Source of the DNA: Dehalococcoidia bacterium
GTDB lineage: Bacteria; Chloroflexota; Dehalococcoidia; Lucifugimonadales; JADFKI01
Direction of reading: 5' to 3'
Length of the DNA stretch: 64,000 bases
Assembly: GCA_965204605.1 (NCBI GenBank)
Contig: OZ241999.1
Location: 2,010,473 to 2,074,472, forward strand
In this document: positions 56,588 through 64,000 of the stretch, in pieces
How the letters are laid out: the number at the start of each line of letters is the position of its first letter
How positions within the stretch are numbered: position 1 is the first letter of the stretch
The notes under the pieces: generated by a model
Told to the model about the DNA's origin: nothing
What the model saw: only the letters and a program-made list of their open reading frames with translations
Database searches by the model: none
Made by a program: the position numbers and the translations under genes

Positions 56588-58315
56588 ATGACTAGCATCA
56601 ACGCCACAGCCCTAGCCAGCCTAATTTGTCGAAGGGGAATGAAAACCGCCCTCACAGCCGCCGCCGTCGCAATCGCCGCGCTTGTAGGCGGCGGCCTGCA
56701 TTCGCAAGCCTATGCCGACAGTCCAACGTCGTCAAACGCCCGCGCCTCGCAACCGCCTGCCGACGCCTCCCAATCCCTGCGCCGCTACACCCAGCAGTTG
56801 CTGCGCATCCTATCCAACCCCGACGCCAACCGGTGGGAACGCTACCGCCAGGCTATGCCGCATTGCGCCGACGCTCCAACATATCTTGAAGCGATCGGCT
56901 CAGGCAGCGGCGTCGACACGCTCGACAACGCCCTTATCGCGCTGACCGAGGATCTGTGCGCCGACCTGGATCAACGCTTGGACGACGCTAGAACCGTCGG
57001 ACTGCTCATAAACGAACCCGAGGCTATGCGCGGATATACTTTGATACCTGGAACAGTCAACAACTATGTTCACCTGATTGACCATCTCGGCAGAGTTGCG
57101 CATTCATGGCAGTTAGAAAATGGGATTTCCCACGCAAGGCTCTTGGATAACGGGCATCTGCTTGTTCAACTAGCCGGCGACAATGGACGGAGCATAGCGG
57201 AAGTCGATCAGGACAGCAACATCGTGTATCAATACTCACCCCCAGGATTCTTCCACCACGACTTCCTCAATATGCCTAACGGCAATCTGATGATGTTGAT
57301 ACGCGGTTCCAAGACTAGAGAAGAAGCCGTAGCTGCGGGCGCAAACCCGGACGGCGTCCCTTCCGGGGGGATGCGGTACGACTATCTGATAGAAGTGCGC
57401 CCAACAGGAACGGACGGCGGCGAGATTGTGTGGGAATGGTCGTCGTGGGACTACAGAGTGCAGGACTTCGACGCAGGCAAAGACAACTACGGAGTGATTG
57501 CCGAACATCCCGAACTAATCGACCTTAACTTTTTGGTTGAATCGCCGCCTATCAACCGCCGGACCGATGCCTGGATGTGGCTGCACGCCAACGCAATAGA
57601 CTACAATTCCGCCCTCGATCAGATTATGCTGTCCCCCAGAAACCTTGACGAATTATGGATAATAGACCGCAGCGCAACCACCGAAGAGGCGCCCACGCGC
57701 AGCGGCGGCAATGCCGGCAAGGGCGGCGCCCTGCTGTACAGATGGGGCAACCCACGCGCCTACGGACACGGAACAATTGCCGATCGACGGCTGTTCCTGC
57801 CGCATCATCCCCAGTGGATAGCCCCCGGACTGCCGGGCGCCGGCAACATCCTCGTGTTCAACAACGGATGGGCCCATGAGGAAGATCAGATTAGGAACTA
57901 TTCGTCCATAGAAGAAATCGTTCCGCCGACGGACGGATACGGCTATCGGCGCGAGCCGGGAGCGGCGTATCCTCCTGCCGAGCCCGCTTGGACATACGTC
58001 GCCGAACCTCCCTCGGATTTTTATTCCCGCATCATGGGATGCGTGCAGCGGCTTCCCAATGGGAACACGCTAATTTGCGAGTCAACATCAGGCAATCTGT
58101 TTCAAGTAACCCCGGATGGAAAGACCGTCTGGAAGTATGTGTACCCGATGGATCGCGATACTCCATTGAAACAGGGCGAAGAAGCGTCGCCGCGGGAAAA
58201 CGTACAAGGCTTATTCAGCAACGCCGTATATCGCGCCTACTGGTACGCGCCCGACCATCCCGGCCTGCAGAAATACGACCTGACGCCCGGCGATACCATT
58301 GAGCTTTACGAATAG
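56588..58315 (+). CDS. ASST-like beta-propeller protein, paralogue 6
   Basis: Same blocks. The N-terminal extension MTSINATALASLICRRG is in frame with MKTAL. Confidence 0.7.
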   Translation: MTSINATALASLICRRGMKTALTAAAVAIAALVGGGLHSQAYADSPTSSNARASQPPADASQSLRRYTQQLLRILSNPDANRWERYRQAMPHCADAPTYLEAIGSGSGVDTLDNALIALTEDLCADLDQRLDDARTVGLLINEPEAMRGYTLIPGTVNNYVHLIDHLGRVAHSWQLENGISHARLLDNGHLLVQLAGDNGRSIAEVDQDSNIVYQYSPPGFFHHDFLNMPNGNLMMLIRGSKTREEAVAAGANPDGVPSGGMRYDYLIEVRPTGTDGGEIVWEWSSWDYRVQDFDAGKDNYGVIAEHPELIDLNFLVESPPINRRTDAWMWLHANAIDYNSALDQIMLSPRNLDELWIIDRSATTEEAPTRSGGNAGKGGALLYRWGNPRAYGHGTIADRRLFLPHHPQWIAPGLPGAGNILVFNNGWAHEEDQIRNYSSIEEIVPPTDGYGYRREPGAAYPPAEPAWTYVAEPPSDFYSRIMGCVQRLPNGNTLICESTSGNLFQVTPDGKTVWKYVYPMDRDTPLKQGEEASPRENVQGLFSNAVYRAYWYAPDHPGLQKYDLTPGDTIELYE

Positions 58316-58506
58316 GCGGCGGCCGTCTATCGCACGCCCATATGCGGGTGTATAATAGCCTTTGGGGGCGCGCGGCGGCAAATGCTCTGACGCGGCAAAG
58401 CGTCATCGGCTATAATACGGCAGGCGCAGGCGATAGGCGGCGTCCGTTTGGGATGCTCGCCGCCTGCGCCAAGATACGCAGAGGTTGCGCGTGAAAGGCG
58501 GCCGAT

Positions 58507-58974
58507 TTGAGGGAATTCGCGCAGAATTGGGGCTGGGCCGAGCTGCTGAAAATCGGCTTGGTGCTCGCTAGGGGCGTGCTGGGGCTGTTCGTGTCCAGCG
58601 CGCTGGGCGGCGGGCTGTATGTGCTGACCCTGCCCGTAGTTCTGTCCGTCTGGGGATACGGCAGCAACCTAAGCCTAACGCTGCTGCTGCTAATTGCGAT
58701 GAGCCTGGGCGCGGGCGTGGGAAGCTACATCACCTGGTTCGAGCGCGACTTGAAGCTTGGCGCGCACGCCCTGCTGTTCGCGGTGGCGCTGGGATGCGCG
58801 CTTGTGGGCGCATATCTGGGCTTGCTGCGTGGCTTGGAAGTGGGGCTGCTGCATCCCATCTGGCGGCCCGGCATCCCCGAAACGAGCGTTACCGCGATGG
58901 GCGCAGTCATCAGCGCCAACATCCCGCTGCTCGCGCTCGCGCTGTACAAGGCAATCAAAAACCCGCGCTTGTGA
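58507..58974 (+). CDS. hypothetical integral membrane protein
   Basis: 155 aa, about four hydrophobic helices, TTG start. Confidence 0.5.
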   Translation: MREFAQNWGWAELLKIGLVLARGVLGLFVSSALGGGLYVLTLPVVLSVWGYGSNLSLTLLLLIAMSLGAGVGSYITWFERDLKLGAHALLFAVALGCALVGAYLGLLRGLEVGLLHPIWRPGIPETSVTAMGAVISANIPLLALALYKAIKNPRL

Positions 58975-59162
58975 AACCGCAAGCAGCATCTACTACACTG
59001 CGCCAATCCCATCCGCGCAACACTACGCCCGCAACCCGCTCAACGCTGCCGCAGCCGTCCCCGAAACCGCGAAACCGAAAGGGGGACACGCCTACTATGC
59101 GGCGTATCCCCCTTTTCGTTGCCGGCATCCGTTTGCAGTGCGCCCGAGTGCCGTCGGTTCGC

Positions 59163-60419
59163 CTAGTCGGCTACCGCCTGCGCCGCTGCCTGCGCGAATG
59201 GCTTGCCGCTTGCGGGGTCGACCTCAAACGGGCTGGAGAGCTCAAGCTCTTTGCCCATTTCGCGCACGGCGGGTATGACATACTCGCCCATAAGCCGCAG
59301 GCTTCGCATCTGGTCGTCGTGCGTCATTGCGCCGTCGCCGTCCCAGAATATCACGCTTCCGGGGCGCAGCGTCTCCAGCACATGCCGAATTTTGGGCAAC
59401 ACGGTGTCAGGCGTGCCGCTCACTATCGTGTAGTTCTCTTGCTGCTCTTCGAACGGGCGGGCGCTAATCATCCCGCCGCGGTTGGCGGTCGCCACATCGC
59501 GCGTAGGCAGCACGCGCCGCCGCGACGTCAGCCCGGGCAGGCTCACCAGCGCGCTGTTGGTGGTGCCTTCGTTGCCCGCTAGGAACGGATTGCTGGGCCC
59601 CTGCACATACTTGCGCGCCGTTTGTTCGGCGAGCTCCTCCGTTTCGTCCACATGCACCTTCCAGAGGTAGCCGATGTTCTGCGAGCCGGACTCGTAGCCC
59701 TCTTCGGCGGCGGTGTCGTGGTAGAGCTGGAACGCTTGGCGCGTGGGCTCCATTTCGGTCGCCAGCATAATGTAGGGGATGCGGTTGCGCGCCGCCCACA
59801 TCAGCGAATCTCGGCTGACCACGCCGGGCAGCCATATCGGGGGATGCGGCTTCTGATACGGGCGCGCCCACGGGTTCACATAGCGATACTGGTAGTGCTT
59901 GCCTTCCCAGCGGAATGGGCCGGGCGTCGTCCACGCCTTGACGATGAAGTCGTGCGCCTCTTGGAAGCGCTCCCAGTTGTAGGGTGGCGGGGCGTTGTGC
60001 GCTACGCTCTCTCTGCCGGTGCCACGCACCCAGCCGGACACCAGCCGCCCGCGCGAAATCATATCTATGATGGAGAGCTGCTCCACCAGCCAAAGCGGAT
60101 CGTCCCAGATGGGTATGATGTTGCCCAGCAGCACAATCTTGGCGCGCTTGGTCATACGCGCTAGAATCGCCGCCTCGATGTTCATAGCGCCGCCCATGCA
60201 GAAGGGCGTGCTATGGTGTTCGTTCAGCATCAATCCGTCGAAGCCCATCTCTTCGGCATAGAGCTTCTCATCCAGATAGCGGTTGTACAGGTCGGAACCT
60301 AGCTCAGCATCGTAGATTTCGTTGCTGAGCGTGAGGTCTTTGATTGATTTGCCGGTCGCGCCGAAGTAGCCCGATTCGGGATCTTGGTACGGCCGCTCTG
60401 TGAAATGCGCGATAAACAT
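59163..60419 (-). CDS. LLM-class (luciferase-like) flavin-dependent oxidoreductase
   Basis: GFDGLMLNEHH and the following TIM-barrel blocks. 418 aa. Confidence 0.85.
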   Translation of the reverse strand: MFIAHFTERPYQDPESGYFGATGKSIKDLTLSNEIYDAELGSDLYNRYLDEKLYAEEMGFDGLMLNEHHSTPFCMGGAMNIEAAILARMTKRAKIVLLGNIIPIWDDPLWLVEQLSIIDMISRGRLVSGWVRGTGRESVAHNAPPPYNWERFQEAHDFIVKAWTTPGPFRWEGKHYQYRYVNPWARPYQKPHPPIWLPGVVSRDSLMWAARNRIPYIMLATEMEPTRQAFQLYHDTAAEEGYESGSQNIGYLWKVHVDETEELAEQTARKYVQGPSNPFLAGNEGTTNSALVSLPGLTSRRRVLPTRDVATANRGGMISARPFEEQQENYTIVSGTPDTVLPKIRHVLETLRPGSVIFWDGDGAMTHDDQMRSLRLMGEYVIPAVREMGKELELSSPFEVDPASGKPFAQAAAQAVAD

Positions 60420-60599
60420 AGGCGCTGTCTCCTCTCATATATCTAGTTCGGGTGTAGGCGCTAATTCGTTGTGAATGCCGCGAATGCCATAGGATTGCGC
60501 CGCCGTTCTCTGTTTGCGTTGTGCCGAATTCGCCCGCCGACGGGCATGCGATTTGCGGGATGGGTTCGCGTTGCGCGCTTAGCGCGGGGCATCGTACGC

Positions 60600-61400
60600 T
60601 TACTCGGCGAAGAAGTCCTGTATCAGCGCCAAGAATTCGTCCGTCTTTTCGATGTCCGGGCGGTGTCCGCAGTCGTCGATGATTTCAAGGCGCGAGCCGC
60701 TGATGGACTTGTGATAGACATCGCCCGCGCTCACCGGCACGATGGGGTCTTGCGCGCCGCAAACGATTAGCGTGGGCAGGTTCTGCGCTCTGCCTAGAAG
60801 CTGCGGCAGGGCGGGGTAGTACATATACGGCTTCCAGCTCAGACGGCACGCCTCTTCGCGCGCCACCGCCCACGCTTCCACCAGATCGGCATCGGGCTGC
60901 GGCGGGCGCACCACGGGGAATTCCGGCGCTGACGCCGAGTTTAGGCATACGGCGTCCAGATACTCTTCGGCGGTTACCAGAAAGATGTCGAAGATTTCGC
61001 CGACGGGTGGCTTGACGCCTGCCGCGCCTACCAGCGCCATCTTATTGAACTGCTGCGGACACATCGTCGCCATCTCTGCCGCAAGCCAGCCGCCCAGCGA
61101 CGACCCGACCACGTTCACGCCTTGCAAGCCCAGTTCGTCCAGCGCGCGCAGATACCATCCCGCTAAGTCGCGCATATTCATTATCCAGTCCAGGCGCGGC
61201 GACTTGCCAAAGCCGGGGTGCGAGGGTATGTACACGGCGTTGTTCTGCGCCAGCGCGTCATGCCAGCGCAGGGTGGCGTGATGCCCAATCTCATCGTGCA
61301 ATACCAGCAACGGAGCGCCGCTGCCGCCTTTTGTCAGCTGCAGGCGGCTTCCCGCAACCTCAACTATCTCTTCCGTCCACAATTGCGATGCGGTAGTCAT
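60600..61400 (-). CDS. alpha/beta hydrolase (meta-cleavage-product hydrolase-like)
   Basis: LLVLHD oxyanion region, nucleophile elbow GSSLGGW, and a C-terminal DCGH. Confidence 0.85.
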   Translation of the reverse strand: MTTASQLWTEEIVEVAGSRLQLTKGGSGAPLLVLHDEIGHHATLRWHDALAQNNAVYIPSHPGFGKSPRLDWIMNMRDLAGWYLRALDELGLQGVNVVGSSLGGWLAAEMATMCPQQFNKMALVGAAGVKPPVGEIFDIFLVTAEEYLDAVCLNSASAPEFPVVRPPQPDADLVEAWAVAREEACRLSWKPYMYYPALPQLLGRAQNLPTLIVCGAQDPIVPVSAGDVYHKSISGSRLEIIDDCGHRPDIEKTDEFLALIQDFFAE

Positions 61401-61720
61401 TCATATCTCCCATAGGGGGTAGTAGCGTTGCAGCCTAGCCCAAGTTGTTAAGCCGCCCTGATTTTCGGATGATAAGCGCCGCTTGTCAAGTTGCGGGGGA
61501 AATCAGGCGTTTCCAACACAAACATTGCCAACGCAGCGGGATATGTTAGCGCATTCTGCGTCGCCGATGTGTTGGCGTCAATAGGCAAAACCATATCGGC
61601 CGCATGCTAAGCGTGTTCGATTCGAAACCGCCGCCGCCGTTGATATGCGGGCGTTGATATGACATACTCAAATGCGGTTAGGTTGAATGCGGATCATATG
61701 CAGGGCAGAGGCGGTGAACT

Positions 61721-61978
61721 ATGGCTACTATACGGATAGATGTTTCGGATGAGACTTTGGCGGCGATAGAGCGGGAGCGGGCGGCGCGCGGCGAGACGCA
61801 GAGCGAGTTCGTTGCGCGTGCGCTGAACGGCTTCTTGGAACGCCAAAGCGCTGAGAAAACCAACCGGCTGAATCCGGACACGGACGAAGATGAGATGGCG
61901 GCCATTATGGCCGCTCAGATACGCGCTTTTCCCAAAAGTTATTGGGACGACGACTATGCGCAGGCGTCCCAATCGTGA
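61721..61978 (+). CDS. ribbon-helix-helix antitoxin
   Basis: MATIRIDVSDETLAAIERERAARGETQSEFVARAL is an RHH fold signature. Overlaps the toxin start. Confidence 0.75.
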   Translation: MATIRIDVSDETLAAIERERAARGETQSEFVARALNGFLERQSAEKTNRLNPDTDEDEMAAIMAAQIRAFPKSYWDDDYAQASQS

Positions 61979-62292
61979 GAAGGGGACAGATCTGGTGGGC
62001 TGACCTGCCGCTGCCAATAGGCTATAGACCCGTGCTTCTGCTTATGAGGAATGAGGCGTACTCGCATCGAAATCAGGTTATTGTATCTCTGATTACTACG
62101 AACGTACGCGGATTGCGAACTGAGGCGCATCTTGGCGCTGACGAAGGGTTGATGTTTGAGTCGGTTGTCAACCTGGATGTCATAATGACCATCAGCAATG
62201 AACTTCTTTACAAGTACATCGGCGAGATTAGCCCGTCCAAGATTATCGAAGTGGACGACGCGTTACGCTTTGCGTTGGGGTTGGACAACTGA
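61975..62292 (+). CDS. mazF: MazF/PemK-family toxin endoribonuclease
   Basis: RRGQIWWADL...RPVLLL...VSLITTN. GTG at 61975 overlaps the antitoxin stop (GTGA). Confidence 0.8.
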   Translation: MRRGQIWWADLPLPIGYRPVLLLMRNEAYSHRNQVIVSLITTNVRGLRTEAHLGADEGLMFESVVNLDVIMTISNELLYKYIGEISPSKIIEVDDALRFALGLDN

Positions 62293-62371
62293 TTTGGACG
62301 CTGCGTTCATGCAATCAACTGCTAACTAATAACAACAACTAGCAACCGATACACCGATACAAGGAGCGATA

Positions 62372-62884
62372 GTGATACGCAGTTTGGGAGATGCCAGCCC
62401 GAAGGTGCATCCGACGGCGTTTGTGAGCGAGTTCGCCTATGTGATAGGCGATGTGGAGATCGGCGAAGGCTCAAGCGTCTGGCCGGGCGCGGTGGTGCGC
62501 GGCGATATGGGCAAGATCGCCATCGGCAAGCACACCAACATTCAGGACAATTCGGCGGTTCACGGCGACGCGGATGTGGTCATCGGCGACTATGTAACTA
62601 TAGGCCACAAGGTTCTGTGCCACGCCAAGCGGGTGGGCGACGGCGCCGTTATCGGCAACGGCTCCACGCTCAACGACGGCGTAGAGATAGGCGAATACAG
62701 CCTGGTAGCGTCGGGCGCTATGCTGGTGGACAATGTCAAAATCCCGCCGCGCTCGCTGGTGGTGGGATCGCCGGGCAAGCGGCTGCGCGAGGTGGGCGCG
62801 CGCCATCTGGCGAAGATGAAGTGGTCGTGCGAAGTGTATATGGAAAAGACGAAGCGCTATAAGAGCCAGGGCAACTTGGAGTAG
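62372..62884 (+). CDS. gamma-carbonic-anhydrase-like left-handed beta-helix protein
   Basis: Hexapeptide repeats, VWPGAVVRGD, NIQDNSAVH. Confidence 0.85.
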   Translation: MIRSLGDASPKVHPTAFVSEFAYVIGDVEIGEGSSVWPGAVVRGDMGKIAIGKHTNIQDNSAVHGDADVVIGDYVTIGHKVLCHAKRVGDGAVIGNGSTLNDGVEIGEYSLVASGAMLVDNVKIPPRSLVVGSPGKRLREVGARHLAKMKWSCEVYMEKTKRYKSQGNLE

Positions 62885-62996
62885 CGCTAAGTTTTCGGCG
62901 GCGCATTGTCAGCGCTTTCGGTTAGGCGGCGCTTCAGCGGGTTAGCCAAGCGGATGCGCGCGCGTTGCCGGCGGACTAGCCGAACCGTCGGCGGGC

Positions 62997-64000
62997 TTAC
63001 ATGCTTTCGGGGGCGTCCATAATCATCAGGGTTAGGCAGCGCGCCAGCGTGATTTTGGCGGCTTCGGCAAGCTTGAGGCGCGCCTTGCTGAGCTCGGCTT
63101 CCTCTTCTACGCCGGACACCACGCGGCAATTCTGGTAGAACAGATGGAACGCCGTCGCCGTTTCGTAGGCGTAGTGCGGCAGGTGGTGCGCCTCGAAGTT
63201 GCGCGCCATCATGTCTATCATCTCCGGCAGCGTCAGCATCTTGCGTATGAGCGCGAGTTCAGCGGGATGCGTGAGCAGCGATAGATCGCCGTCGGCGTGG
63301 TCTATGCCGCGCTCCGCCGCAAGCCGCAGGATGCCCGCGATGCGCGCGTGGGCGTACTGGATGTAATAGACGGGGTTTTCCTGCGACTGCCGCTTGGCGA
63401 GCTCAAGGTCGAAGTCCATTTGGCTATCGGCGGCGCGCGACAGGAAGAAGTAGCGGCATGCGTCTGCGCCCACCTCATCCACCACCTCGCGCAGCGTGAT
63501 GATGTCGCCGGAGCGCTTGGATATTCGCACGGTTTCGCCGCCGCGCTTGAGCGTAACCAACTGATTGATGATGAGCTTGAGCTTGTCCGGCGGCATGCCC
63601 AGCGCCGCCACAAGCGCCTTCATAAACAAGGCGTGTCCTTGATGATCCGCCCCCCAAATGTTGACCACCTTGTCGAAGCCGCGCTCGAAGAACTTGTTGT
63701 AGTGGTACGCCACGTCTGAGGCGAAATAGGTGGGGACGCCGTTGCCGCGAACCATCACCTTGTCTTTTTCGTCGCCCAGCGCGGTGGACGCGAACCAAAC
63801 CGCGCCTTCGCGTTCCGTGATGTAGCCGCGCTCGCGCAGAAGCGCCATCGCGCGCTCGAACTGCCCGTCGGCGAACAGCGTAACTTCGTTGAACCACTCG
63901 TCGTAGTCGATCCTGAGGGCTTGCAGGTCTTGGCGTATGCGCGCCATGAACTTTGCGATGCCGATTGCGCCCAGCGATTGGAGCGCGTCCGGTTCAGGCA
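62997..64000 (-). CDS. argS: arginine--tRNA ligase, 5'-truncated by the window edge
   Basis: WGADHQGH, DFDLELAKRQSQENPVYYIQYAHARI, and a C-terminal ..MIMDAPESM. The frame stays open beyond the ATG at 63947 to the window end. Confidence 0.9.
   Translation of the reverse strand, partial: PEPDALQSLGAIGIAKFMARIRQDLQALRIDYDEWFNEVTLFADGQFERAMALLRERGYITEREGAVWFASTALGDEKDKVMVRGNGVPTYFASDVAYHYNKFFERGFDKVVNIWGADHQGHALFMKALVAALGMPPDKLKLIINQLVTLKRGGETVRISKRSGDIITLREVVDEVGADACRYFFLSRAADSQMDFDLELAKRQSQENPVYYIQYAHARIAGILRLAAERGIDHADGDLSLLTHPAELALIRKMLTLPEMIDMMARNFEAHHLPHYAYETATAFHLFYQNCRVVSGVEEEAELSKARLKLAEAAKITLARCLTLMIMDAPESM

Noticed and set aside
49561-56600. Repeated intergenic sequences in the ASST-like array as a possible CRISPR array or MITE
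   Set aside because: The repeats are simply the duplicated gene ends and spacers of the tandem paralogues, with a unit length of about 1.7 kb. There is no short repeat-spacer periodicity.

Overview
High-GC bacterial chromosomal segment. I found no rRNA, no CRISPR array, and no recognisable transposase, integrase or phage structural gene. Housekeeping and catabolic genes make up the backbone: an IlvD/Edd-type dehydratase, Zn-ADH, HpcH aldolase, tsaE-tsaB-ndk, rsfS, mnmA, rnhB, yraN, thiE, the H+-PPase hppA, tRNA-Leu(UAA), a class IV aminotransferase, SDR, amidohydrolase, thiolase+DUF35, nitroreductase, LLM oxidoreductase, gamma-CA and argS. This backbone is interrupted by at least five small defence islets, several of them visibly AT-richer. 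(i) 1-7036: an MmeI-family type IIL enzyme, VapBC, two orphan genes and tandem Uma2 nucleases. (ii) 8881-15425: a four-gene M-R-R-M operon in which two 224-aa paralogous putative nuclease subunits sit between two different beta-class amino-methyltransferases, followed by an SF1 helicase + DUF2290-like pair and an hsdS remnant. (iii) 26841-31617: a GmrSD-like type IV enzyme, a methyltransferase-HNH fusion and a C5-cytosine methyltransferase. (iv) 38622-43246: two orphan genes plus a 1200-aa Eco57I-like type IIG enzyme. (v) 45173-47020: an AAA ATPase + PIN-like pair. The other striking element is a 10.5-kb array of six tandem paralogues of exported arylsulfotransferase-like beta-propeller proteins (47825-58315). 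The array shows gene-conversion tracts. Two copies carry G14 and G18 homopolymer tracts at the same homologous 5' position, which look like slipped-strand phase-variation switches. Most long ORFs antisense to these genes are high-GC shadow ORFs. All family assignments come from motif recognition by eye and none has been checked against a database.
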